Shown here piece by piece: positions 8,543-20,208 of a DNA stretch of 61,933 bases. The notes beneath the pieces were generated by a model, which was given only the letters and a program-made list of their open reading frames with translations, made no database searches and had not been told where the DNA came from. How positions within the stretch are numbered: position 1 is the first letter of the stretch; each line of letters begins with the position of its first letter. The stretch spans positions 1 through 61,933 of the forward strand of contig CAWULR010000001.1 of the NCBI GenBank assembly GCA_963923845.1. Reading direction: 5' to 3'. The stretch is from an uncultured bacterium (GTDB lineage: Bacteria > Chloroflexota > Limnocylindria > Limnocylindrales > Limnocylindraceae). The translations under genes were made by a program, and so were the position numbers.

Positions 8543-8569
8543 CGCGTCGATCCTGAGAGGTCGCAGGCG
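8543..8569 (+). promoter_or_regulatory. PyrR-binding-loop-like hairpin in the carA leader (candidate)
   Basis: GAUCCUGAGAGGUC (8549-8562) matches 11 of 14 positions of the remembered PyrR consensus ARUCCAGAGAGGYU. It folds the same way (4-bp stem, CUGAGA loop) with a flanking CGC/GCG lower stem. It lies about 30 nt before the carA SD. Confidence 0.3.
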
Positions 8570-8598
8570 GTCCCGTGAGGCCGGAGAGGAGTGGACGA

Positions 8599-9776
8599 AT
8601 GAGCGATGCGGCACGCAGAACGCTGGCCCCGTACCGTCGCTCTCTCATCCCGCTTCCAGAGTCGGCCTCCGTCGTCGACTCCCGCATCGGCGACCACGGC
8701 CCTGCCCTCCTCACACTCGAAGACGGCAGCGTGTTTCCGGGCGTCGCGTGGGGAGCTCCGCGTGCCGCCGGCGGCGATCTCGTGGTGAACACCAGCCAGT
8801 CCGGCTACCAGGAGATCTGCACCGATCCGAGCTACGCGGGGCAGGTGGTGCTGATGACCTATCCGCTGATCGGAAACTACGGCCGCCTGGTTTCGGACGA
8901 TCAATCGTCGCAGCCCTGGTTGCGCGGACTCATCGTCGCAAGTGCGACGGCGGCGATCACGGAAGATGCGGCGCAGATCGCGGCGCTGCTCCGACAGCAC
9001 GGAGTTCCCGCGATCGCGGGCGTCGAAACACGCAGCCTTGCCCGTCGCCTCCGCGAGACCGGCGCCCAGCGTGCACGCATCTCCGCTCCGTGGGAGGCCG
9101 ACCACGATGCGGCGCTCGCAGCGACACTCGCGCTTCCCCGATGGGAGGATCAAGACTTCGTCGGACAGGTTTCGCCGACCGACGTGCAGACCTACGGTGA
9201 CGCCGGCGAGCCGCTCGTCGCGGTGATCGACTTCGGGTTGAAGGCGAACATCGTTCGTGCGCTGCGCACTCGTGGCTTCCGCGTGCGCGTCCATCCGCAC
9301 ACGACGTCGGCCGACGAGGTGCTGGGTGGCGGCGCTCGCGGCGTGGTGCTCTCGCCGGGTCCCGGGGATCCCGCCAGACTCGACGGTCCGGTGGCGCTGG
9401 CACGGGCGCTCATCGCTGCGCGCGTGCCACTCCTCGGCATCTGCCTCGGCCACCAGATCATCGGCCGCGCGGCCGGCGCGTCGACGCGACGTCTCGCCTT
9501 CGGCCACCACGGAGCGAATCACCCGGTGCGCGACCTGCCGAGCGGAAGCGTCTATGTCACGGCGCAGAACCACGAGGTCGAGGTGGTTGGCGACACCATT
9601 CCAGCGTCATCGGGTTTCCACGTGAGCCAGATCAACCTGAACGACAGGTCCGTCGAAGGGCTGCGCCATGCGGAGCTTCCGATCGAAACCGTCCAGTACC
9701 ACCCGGAGGGTTCGCCGGGTCCGCTCGACGCCACGCCGGTCTTCGATCGGTTCAGCCGCGCGATCGAGGCTCGACG

Positions 9777-9780
<4 letters not shown>
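8599..9780 (+). CDS. carA: Carbamoyl-phosphate synthase small (glutaminase) subunit
   Basis: ALLTLEDGSVFPG...NTSQSGYQEICTDPSYAGQVVLMTYPLIGNYG, and the GATase triad region LLGICLGHQ. ATG 8599 has a GAGGAG SD 7 nt upstream. That start gives about 40 extra N-terminal residues compared with E. coli CarA. Confidence 0.9.
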
Positions 9781-13115
<3,335 letters not shown>

Positions 13116-13119
13116 CGAC

Positions 13120-13509
13120 ATGCAGCTCGAGTATGTCGCCGGGGCGTGCAACATCGGCCCTGAAGAGATCGCGCGGCGCCAACGGGCGGCTCAGGCTGGG
13201 CTGATCGCGACGATCGTGCTCGGCGGTGCGCTCATGGCACTCGGCGCGCCGAGCGGTATCGGTCCGCGCCTCTTGATCGCACTTCCGCTCACCGGTGCGG
13301 CGATCGGATGGATCCAGGCTCGTCGTCGCTTCTGCATGGCGTACGGTCTTGCCGGAACTTTCAACTTCGAAACGATCGGCAACATGTCGCGCGTGGCCGA
13401 TCCCGCTGCGCTCGCCGCAGACCGACGCACCGCGCTGATCATCGCCGCACAAGGGCTGGCGGTCGGAATCGTCGGCGCCGCGCTCTTCGCACTCTTTCCG
13501 CTGAACTAG
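13120..13509 (+). CDS. Small membrane protein, DUF2892/YgaP-TM-like
   Basis: In-frame ATG 13120 in ORF 13021..13509. CNIGPEEIARR...FCMAYGLAG resembles the N.G..R...FCP.Y...G pattern of DUF2892 (from memory). Three hydrophobic segments. Confidence 0.45.
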   Translation: MQLEYVAGACNIGPEEIARRQRAAQAGLIATIVLGGALMALGAPSGIGPRLLIALPLTGAAIGWIQARRRFCMAYGLAGTFNFETIGNMSRVADPAALAADRRTALIIAAQGLAVGIVGAALFALFPLN

Positions 13510-13524
13510 CTGCGGCGGACGGGC

Positions 13525-14820
13525 ATGGCTGGTCCGCACCCGATTCCGCTGAAAGAGCACAGGCTCGCCAACGGGCTGCGTCTCATCACGGTGCTCGATC
13601 GGACCGCTCCGATTGCGACGGTGAACATCTGGTACCACGTCGGCTCAAAGGATGAGCGCCCAGGTCGGACGGGATTCGCGCATCTCTTCGAGCACCTGAT
13701 GTTCCAGGGTTCTGCCAATGTGTCGAAGGCCGAGCACCTGTCGTTGATCGAATCGGTGGGCGGGAGCGCCAACGCCACGACCTGGCTCGATCGCACGAAC
13801 TACTTCGCCACCGTTCCGGCCGAGTGGGTCGAGCTGGTGCTCTGGATGGAGGCCGATCGACTCGGAACGCTCCTTGCCGCACTCGACCAGGCCAATCTGG
13901 ACAACCAGCGCGATGTGGTGAAGAACGAGAAGCGCTCGAGCTACGACAACCAGCCGTACGGGACCGCCTACCTCGAGCTGCTCGCGCTCGCGTACCCGCC
14001 CGGACACCCGTACCACCACCCGACGATCGGCTCGATGGAGGACCTCGACGCGGCGAGCCTGCAGGACGTCCGCGACTTCTTCGCCGCCTGGTATGCGCCG
14101 AACAACGCGGTGCTCACCGTGGTCGGCGACATCGACGAGGCGGGGATCGTCGCTGCCGTCGAACGGTTCTTCGGGGGCATCGCCGCCAACGAGGCGCTCC
14201 CGAACCACCCAGACCTCACGCTGGGCGCGCCACTCGGCGGCGAGGTGCGCAAGACGGTGAAGGACAGCGTCCCAGATCCGCGGCTCCATCTCGCCTATCG
14301 CGCACCTCTGCTCGGGAGCCCCGAGCTTCCCGCACTGGAGATCGCCTGTCAGATCCTGGCCGGTGGGCGCGGAAGCCGCTTGACTCGTCGCCTTGTGCGC
14401 CAGGAGCAGGTCGCGCAAGACGCAGGACTCTCGGTCCTGCCGTTCGTCGGCGGCGCGTCGCTCGTGGTCGGTTCGGCGACCCTCCGCCCTGGCGCGAACG
14501 CCGCGCGGCTCGAAGCGCTCTTCTTGGAGGAACTGGACGCACTCGCCGACCGCGGACCCACGGCAACGGAGATGGAGCGCGCTCGCGCGCTGATCGAATC
14601 CGAGGAGATGTCGCTGCGCTCGGATCCGGAGTCGATCGCCGATCAGATCGGCATGTATGCGACGCTCCTCGACGATCCTGGTCGAATCAATCGAGATCTT
14701 GCGATCTACCAGGGCGTCGGTGCCGACGAGGTCCAGCGCGCGGCACAGATCTTCTCTGCCCAGAATCGCGTCGTGCTCTGGTACGAGCCGATCGAGCACG
14801 GCGCCGAGGCGACAGCATGA
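13525..14820 (+). CDS. M16 (pitrilysin/insulinase) family zinc peptidase, active-type subunit
   Basis: Inverted zinc motif HxxEH in GFAHLFEHLMFQGS, with a downstream NEKRSSYDN region. 431 aa. Confidence 0.85.
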   Translation: MAGPHPIPLKEHRLANGLRLITVLDRTAPIATVNIWYHVGSKDERPGRTGFAHLFEHLMFQGSANVSKAEHLSLIESVGGSANATTWLDRTNYFATVPAEWVELVLWMEADRLGTLLAALDQANLDNQRDVVKNEKRSSYDNQPYGTAYLELLALAYPPGHPYHHPTIGSMEDLDAASLQDVRDFFAAWYAPNNAVLTVVGDIDEAGIVAAVERFFGGIAANEALPNHPDLTLGAPLGGEVRKTVKDSVPDPRLHLAYRAPLLGSPELPALEIACQILAGGRGSRLTRRLVRQEQVAQDAGLSVLPFVGGASLVVGSATLRPGANAARLEALFLEELDALADRGPTATEMERARALIESEEMSLRSDPESIADQIGMYATLLDDPGRINRDLAIYQGVGADEVQRAAQIFSAQNRVVLWYEPIEHGAEATA

Positions 14821-16190
14821 TCGGCGAGCGACCGGGCCCGGGCGCCGCTCGCGAGTACCGCTTCCCTCGATCCTTCGAACACACGGCGGCGGGCGGCCTG
14901 CGCGTCATCGTCGTGCCGATGCCGGCTCGACCTCTCGCCTCCGTTCAGCTCCTCCTTCCGGGTGGGGCGGCGGGGGAGCCTGCCGATGGTTCGGGGCTGA
15001 CGGCCGCCCTCGCCCGGCTGTTGACCGAGGGGGGAGAGCGGCACGATGCGGACGGACTGGTCGAGGCGAGCGAGGTGCTCGGCGCGAAGATCGGAGCCGA
15101 AGCTGGATGGGAGAGCGTCGTCATCGGCGCGTCGCTTCCAGCGAGCCGCCTTGCCGGAATCCTCGAACTGATCGCGGAGATCGCGCTGGCACCGCGCCTA
15201 CCGGAGCGCGAAATCGAGCGAGTCAAGGCGCTGCGGCTTGCTGCGATCGAGCAGGCGCATGCAAGTCCTCGATCACGCGCCAGCGAGGCGCTGATCGCCG
15301 AGATCTACGCTCCTTCCGCGGCGTATTCGCGCCCGATCGGGGGGACCCGCGAAAGCGTCTCGCGCATCAGTCGCGAGGCGCTGCTGGAGCGGCACCGGCA
15401 GCTTCTCGCCGGCGGTGTGCCGACGCTGGTGATCGCGGGCGAGGTGGACCCCGAGGCGGTTGCTCGCATCGTCGACTCGAGTCCGATTGCGGAGCTGCGC
15501 GCCGGCACGTGGCGAGACGGTGCGGCACCGGACACGCCGTCCGACGAGCGCACCCAACCGGACGAGGCGCCTCGACTCGTGCTGCTCGATCGACCCGGTT
15601 CGGTGCAGTCGGAACTGCGCATCGGCAAGGTCGGTCGATCCCGTCGCGATCCGCTCTTCTACGCCGCGCTGATCCACTCGGAGGTGCTCGGCGGACTCTT
15701 CGGATCGCGACTCAATCGCGTGCTGCGCGAGGAGAAGGGGTACACCTACGGTGCCGCCGCCGGATTCGAGTTCCGTCGCGGACGCGGACCCTTCACCGCG
15801 CGCACGGCGGTGGAGAGTTCGGTGACCGCCGCGGCGCTGGTGGAGGCACGAGCACAGATCTCGTCGATGATCGAGCGACCGGCATCCGTCGAAGAGCTCG
15901 CAGCGGCGCGACAGTATCTGCGCGGCACCTTCCCGTTGCGATTCGGCGCCGCCGCCCCGGTGGCGGCCGCGGTCGCCGGACTCGTCGCCGTCGGTCTCGA
16001 ACCGGCCGAGCTCGACCGATTCCAGGCGTCGATCGACAGCGTCGACGACGCAGAGGTTGCTCGCGTCGCGCACGATCTCGACGGCGAGCCCGAACGCATC
16101 GTCGTGGTCGGCGATGCGTCGACGATCGCCTCACCGCTGCGCGATGCGGGGTTCTCCGTGGAGATTCGCGGCGAGGCGCTGTCGACATGA
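14817..16190 (+). CDS. M16 family peptidase, non-catalytic-type subunit (no HxxEH)
   Basis: In-frame ATG 14817 in ORF 13824..16190, with an ATGA overlap to the upstream M16 gene. It has M16 length and layout (457 aa) but lacks the HxxEH motif. Confidence 0.75.
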   Translation: MIGERPGPGAAREYRFPRSFEHTAAGGLRVIVVPMPARPLASVQLLLPGGAAGEPADGSGLTAALARLLTEGGERHDADGLVEASEVLGAKIGAEAGWESVVIGASLPASRLAGILELIAEIALAPRLPEREIERVKALRLAAIEQAHASPRSRASEALIAEIYAPSAAYSRPIGGTRESVSRISREALLERHRQLLAGGVPTLVIAGEVDPEAVARIVDSSPIAELRAGTWRDGAAPDTPSDERTQPDEAPRLVLLDRPGSVQSELRIGKVGRSRRDPLFYAALIHSEVLGGLFGSRLNRVLREEKGYTYGAAAGFEFRRGRGPFTARTAVESSVTAAALVEARAQISSMIERPASVEELAAARQYLRGTFPLRFGAAAPVAAAVAGLVAVGLEPAELDRFQASIDSVDDAEVARVAHDLDGEPERIVVVGDASTIASPLRDAGFSVEIRGEALST

Positions 16191-16759
16191 ACGATCGTGG
16201 CGTCGTCGTCGTCGGAAGTCCTTCAGCGGCGCTCGGCGCCGGTGGCGCATACGAGGCCGTGGGACTCGGTGTGCGCGTGGCGACCGAACTTGTGCGTCGC
16301 GGCGAACAGGTGGAGCTGGTCGGTCGGGTCGGAGCGGACGCGGCGGGAGACCAGTCTGTCCTCTCGTTGGCGCTCCGTGGCATCGGCCACGTGGCCCTGC
16401 TTCGCGATCCGTCGCTCCAGACGCCGATCTCTGGCGGCGACCGCGGTGCTCCCGTCGATGCGGGAGATGTGCAGCTCGCCCTGCGCTACCTGGCCGACTA
16501 CTCATCCGTGCTGTTGATCGATCCGCTCGACGACACCGTCGTTCGCCAGGCATCCGAGGATGCGGCATCGGTCGGCGCCGCACTCATCGTCGTGGCGAAC
16601 GGTCCATCTCTCGACGCGGAGGCGACGACGCTCCCCGCGACCGGAACCGACACGCCGCCGCCCCTGTTCGTCCCGCGCCCCGAGGTCGAGGAGGCCGAGT
16701 TCGTGGCGCTTTTGGCGGGGCTCGCCGCAGGGGAGCGCGGCGCGAGGACGGGGGCCTAG
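16187..16759 (+). CDS. Miniaturised PfkB/ribokinase-like protein lacking the catalytic C-terminal motifs
   Basis: In-frame ATG 16187 in ORF 14657..16759 (ATGA overlap). VVVVGS, VELVGRVGADAAGDQ and the LLIDPLDD...IVVANGP blocks align by eye with ribokinase blocks. There is no GAGD/anion-hole motif, and it is only 190 aa. Confidence 0.5.
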   Translation: MNDRGVVVVGSPSAALGAGGAYEAVGLGVRVATELVRRGEQVELVGRVGADAAGDQSVLSLALRGIGHVALLRDPSLQTPISGGDRGAPVDAGDVQLALRYLADYSSVLLIDPLDDTVVRQASEDAASVGAALIVVANGPSLDAEATTLPATGTDTPPPLFVPRPEVEEAEFVALLAGLAAGERGARTGA

Positions 16760-16780
16760 CCGATCGCATACGCTCCCATC

Positions 16781-17971
16781 GTGGAGCGAGCGGCAGGACA
16801 CGACGCGGACGCACTCGACAGCCGTGGAGACGCCGGCCGTCTGATCGACGCCGGCGCCGACGCGCTGGACGCCGGCGAAGTCGAGCGCGCGCTCGGGCTC
16901 TTCTCGCGTGCCGCGACTTCAGATCTGCCGTCGCTTGCAGGGCGTGGCGCCATCGGAGCCGCCGAAGCGCTCGTTCGGCTCGGACGCGACGGCGAAGCGG
17001 TCGGGCTGCTCGAAGGGGCAGCAGAGAGCGACGATCGCGAGATTCGATACGTTGCCCGGCGGCGACTCGCCGCGCTGCTCGTGACGACCGGCAGCCTCAA
17101 GCGAGCGTTGGGCGAGTATCGACGCGCAGAGCAGGATGCACCGACCGACGCGGCCCGCGCCGAGATCGCTGCCCGCATCGGGTGGCTGACGAAGGAGACG
17201 GGCGGCAGCAGACTGCGCTCGCGGCTCGCCTTCTCGAGAGCACGGGGTGGAGGACGAGAGCGAGCGCTGCCGCTCGCGATGGTCGGCGTGACGGCGCTCG
17301 TATCGGTCGCGGCGCTTGCCGCTCCGTCGCTGCTCGAGGCTCTCGCCTTGATCAAACTCGATCCAGGTCGAGGCGACCTGCTCACGCTCGAACCGTGGCG
17401 ACTGCTCACCGCCGCGCTCGTCCACGGAAGCCCGCTGCACCTTCTCTTCAATCTCTTCGCGATGGACCTTGGGGCGAGGCTGGTGCAGCGCCTCTACGGT
17501 CCGCGGCGTCTGGTGCTCTGGTACCTGCTCGGCGTGGTCGCCGCGTCGCTCGCGAGTTCCATCTGGTCACCGTTTACGGCGTCGGTCGGAGCCTCGGGCG
17601 GCGTCTTCGCCCTCTTCGGGATCGCCCTCGGCGCAGAGTGGGCGCATCGTCCGCTCGTCGAGCGCGGCGTCCGGGCCGCGCTCGGCCAGATCGGTGGGTT
17701 GATCCTCGTCAACCTGCTCTTCGGATTGGGGACCAGCGTGGTCGGTGGCGGCATCGACAATGCGGCGCATCTCGGCGGTCTCGTCTTCGGCCTGCTACTC
17801 GGAGTCGGCGTCGCTCCGACTCGCGCGGAGTCGATGCGGAGCCGGTGGAGTTCGTTTGCTGCGAGTCCCGCCCGAGAGGGGATCGTGACGATCGCCGTGT
17901 GCGTACTCCTCGTGGTGATCTTCGCGAACTGGTTCAGTCTCGCGCAGCTCCGCGTCCAACTGCCGATCTAG
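16781..17971 (+). CDS. Rhomboid-family intramembrane serine protease with N-terminal TPR-like soluble domain
   Basis: GxSG catalytic serine in SVGASGGVFALFG. Catalytic His in NAAHLGGLVFGLLLG. HGSPLHLLFNLF (TM2) motif. The approximately 190-aa Ala/Arg-rich helical N-terminus looks TPR-like. GTG start is preceded by TACGCT-N6. Confidence 0.8.
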   Translation: MERAAGHDADALDSRGDAGRLIDAGADALDAGEVERALGLFSRAATSDLPSLAGRGAIGAAEALVRLGRDGEAVGLLEGAAESDDREIRYVARRRLAALLVTTGSLKRALGEYRRAEQDAPTDAARAEIAARIGWLTKETGGSRLRSRLAFSRARGGGRERALPLAMVGVTALVSVAALAAPSLLEALALIKLDPGRGDLLTLEPWRLLTAALVHGSPLHLLFNLFAMDLGARLVQRLYGPRRLVLWYLLGVVAASLASSIWSPFTASVGASGGVFALFGIALGAEWAHRPLVERGVRAALGQIGGLILVNLLFGLGTSVVGGGIDNAAHLGGLVFGLLLGVGVAPTRAESMRSRWSSFAASPAREGIVTIAVCVLLVVIFANWFSLAQLRVQLPI

Positions 17972-17973
17972 CC

Positions 17974-18753
17974 GTGTTCGCCACGATCTTGGAGCCGGCC
18001 GCGTTCGCCGCCACCTTCGAAGATCGTCTCGCCCTGGTACAACGGCTCGGCGGACCCTACGTCTCGAGCGACGCGAGCGAAGTGCGCCGAGCGCGCGCCG
18101 TCGGCCTGCAGACGGCTCGCATGGTCGTCGAACGAGAGGGCGAGGACCTCGCTCTGGCCGTGCGCAGCGCCGTTCTCGATCAACCGGACATCATCGCGAT
18201 TCGGACCGGCCGCCTCGGTGCCGCGTCGACATCGAGTGCCGACGAGCGGCGCGAACTCGTCGATGCACTCGCCGCTGCCGACGGCCGACATCGGATGATC
18301 GTTGCGGTCGATGCCCCGATCGCTCCGCTGAGCGCGGCGGAGTGGGGGCAACTGCCGGCGGAGAGCCTCATGTTCGATCCGATCGGCGATCCGGATGGCT
18401 GGCGCGCCGCCGCCACGCTGCCGGGAGATCGAGGCCTGGTGTTGGGGCTCGTTCCCGCCCCCGGTTCGGCCGATGCCGTCGAGCCGCGCGAAGTCCTCCT
18501 CTGGGCGCTTCGGTACGCCGCCTCGCTCGGTGGCCGAGGCGGAGCCCGCGTCGGCTTCACCGAGCGCCCACGTCGACGCTCTCACCCTGGCGTGGCCGAG
18601 GCGATCGACCGCACAGCGTCCGAACGGAGCGCAGCGTCACTCGAGGATCTGTTGCGACTCACCGGTGCGAGCGAGGCAACCCTTCGAGACGAGCTCGATC
18701 CTCGTTCGTTCAGCCCGGCGGCGCAGCGACTGAGGCAGCGTCGTGGCGGCTGA
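17974..18753 (+). CDS. Hypothetical protein (weak MetE/UROD-like TIM-barrel resemblance, no metal ligands seen)
   Basis: GTG 17974, 2 nt after the rhomboid stop, in frame with ORF 16057..18753. High GC3 coding pattern. GLVLGLVP...AVEPREVLLWALRYAA only vaguely resembles the C-terminal part of cobalamin-independent methionine-synthase-like proteins. Confidence 0.45.
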   Translation: MFATILEPAAFAATFEDRLALVQRLGGPYVSSDASEVRRARAVGLQTARMVVEREGEDLALAVRSAVLDQPDIIAIRTGRLGAASTSSADERRELVDALAAADGRHRMIVAVDAPIAPLSAAEWGQLPAESLMFDPIGDPDGWRAAATLPGDRGLVLGLVPAPGSADAVEPREVLLWALRYAASLGGRGGARVGFTERPRRRSHPGVAEAIDRTASERSAASLEDLLRLTGASEATLRDELDPRSFSPAAQRLRQRRGG

Positions 18754-19414
18754 ACTGCTCGTGCTCCCGATCGGTCCGCTCCGAACGAACGTTGCGTTGA
18801 TCGGAGACGCGGCGCGACGGGAGGCGATCGTGATCGATCCTGCAATCCCGTCGCTCGCCGAACTGGTCGCGGCGCTGGCGAGCCGCGGATGGCGCTTGGT
18901 GCTGGCGCTTTCGACCCACGGGCACTGGGACCACACGGGAGAGCTCGCAGCGCTCGCCGACCATGTGCGCGCAAACGAAGGACGCGAGCTTGCGATCGGA
19001 GTCCATCCACTGGATCGGCATCGACTCGAGCGGCCCCGACCGATGGCGGCACCGTTTCCGATCCCTGCGGTGGTGCCCACGCGCGACCTCCAGGAAGGCG
19101 ATCGGATCACTGCCGGCGAGATCAACCTCAGGGTGATGCACACGCCAGGGCACACCGAAGGGTCGATCTCGCTCCACGATGCGGGGGCGGGGATCCTCTA
19201 CAGCGGCGACACGCTCTTCCAGGGGGCATGGGGGCGAACCGACCTGCCGGGCGGCGACGAGACGGCGATGATCTCCTCACTTGCGCGATTGGCGACGCTC
19301 GATCCATCGACGCGCGTGATCCCGGGTCACGGCAACGCGACTCGGATCGGGGACGAATCTGCCTGGATCGACGGCGTGGTCACCCGTGGCGTCCTGCGCA
19401 TGGAGCCTCGGTGA
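18743..19414 (+). CDS. MBL-fold metallo-hydrolase (glyoxalase II-like)
   Basis: HxHxDH motif in LSTHGHWDHTGE, then MHTPGHTEGS, GDTLF and PGHG. Start GTG 18743 (11-nt overlap); GTG 18761 is an alternative. Confidence 0.85.
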   Translation: MAAELLVLPIGPLRTNVALIGDAARREAIVIDPAIPSLAELVAALASRGWRLVLALSTHGHWDHTGELAALADHVRANEGRELAIGVHPLDRHRLERPRPMAAPFPIPAVVPTRDLQEGDRITAGEINLRVMHTPGHTEGSISLHDAGAGILYSGDTLFQGAWGRTDLPGGDETAMISSLARLATLDPSTRVIPGHGNATRIGDESAWIDGVVTRGVLRMEPR

Positions 19415-20124
19415 GCGACGAGGCGAAACTCCTCGGCGATCTCGTCCGAAGCGGAGTGGTGAGCGACGCGATCGCCGCCCATGTCTCGCTTCTGATGGAC
19501 GCAGGCGTTCCGCTCGTCGTCGTCAGCGAGGAGAGTCGGCTCGGTGCGCGTGTCGCCGACGCCTTCGCCGACGCCTCGCCGATTCCCGCGGCGGGCGGCG
19601 ACGCGCGCGAGATCGTCGTCGAGCGCGGCGATCACTTCGAGTGGCTCGCCGACCCATCGGGGATCGGCTGCCTCGACCCGCGAGCGGGGAGCGCCCCGCG
19701 CAGCCCGAGAGCCAGTCGTCTTCGCATCGCCGGTCTCCCTGATGAGCTCGATCCGACAACGGCACGCACTGCGCTTCGGGCCCTGGGTCGTGGGTTTCCT
19801 GCGCTGATCCAGTCGCGCGGCACAGGCCTCGCCGAACTCTTACGCGCCCTGCGCGCAGATCCGCTTCGCGTCCCCGAAGACGATCTGCGTCGGCTGGGGG
19901 TCGTGCTCTGTTTCGATGGAACGCGCCTGGTTGCGGCCCACCTCATGCGCGTCGCCGATCTGGCGACTCGTCGGGCGCCGGCGCTGCTCGCCGTCTGGGA
20001 CTCGGCGCGCGCCGCGTGGGACGACTTTGCCTGGGCCGCCGTGCCGGAGTTTGCCGAACGATGCGGCATCCCTCAGGCGGACTACGAGGCGCGTCACGCG
20101 GAGCGGATGCGGATCCTCCAGTGA
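19411..20124 (+). CDS. Hypothetical protein, degenerate VirB11/CpaF-type secretion-ATPase-like (no Walker A)
   Basis: GTG 19411 (GTGA overlap with the MBL gene), in frame with ORF 18889..20124. LGDLVRSGVVSDAIAAHVSLLMDAGVPLVVVSEESRLG has the layout of the region leading into the P-loop of T2SS/T4SS ATPases. SEESRLG sits where GxxGxGKT is expected. Confidence 0.4.
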   Translation: MSDEAKLLGDLVRSGVVSDAIAAHVSLLMDAGVPLVVVSEESRLGARVADAFADASPIPAAGGDAREIVVERGDHFEWLADPSGIGCLDPRAGSAPRSPRASRLRIAGLPDELDPTTARTALRALGRGFPALIQSRGTGLAELLRALRADPLRVPEDDLRRLGVVLCFDGTRLVAAHLMRVADLATRRAPALLAVWDSARAAWDDFAWAAVPEFAERCGIPQADYEARHAERMRILQ

Positions 20125-20164
20125 GCACACGGCGCGCGATGACGAGAGTGCGGTGACGTCGGGC

Positions 20165-20170
20165 TATCAT
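20165..20170 (+). promoter_or_regulatory. -10-like TATCAT placed 6 nt before an ATG (leaderless arrangement)
   Basis: TATCAT (20165-20170), then cggtgc, then ATG 20177. Confidence 0.35.
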
Positions 20171-20176
20171 CGGTGC

Positions 20177-20208
20177 ATGAGGGCGTTCCGATGAGCCGTT
20201 GTCGATGA
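20177..20208 (+). promoter_or_regulatory. Two tandem 5-codon mini-ORFs (MRAFR*, MSRCR*) chained by ATGA overlaps to the aldolase start
   Basis: ATG 20177 runs to TGA 20192-20194. ATG 20191 runs to TGA 20206-20208. The aldolase ATG is at 20205. Both junctions read CGATGA. Confidence 0.3.

Noticed and set aside
8375-8600. Genomic island, integrase or att repeat at tRNA-Lys (likewise at tRNA-Met 59346-59420)
   Set aside because: Both tRNAs are flanked by core genes (SGNH hydrolase/carA; LMW-PTP/ftsH). There is no integrase, no compositional shift and no duplicated tRNA 3' segment.
14657-18753. Very long plus-strand ORFs (700 aa at 14657..16759, 898 aa at 16057..18753, 788 aa at 13824..16190)
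   Set aside because: Only their 3' portions are coding (from ATG 16187, GTG 17974 and ATG 14817). The 5' portions overlap clear genes in other frames and translate to Arg-rich nonsense.
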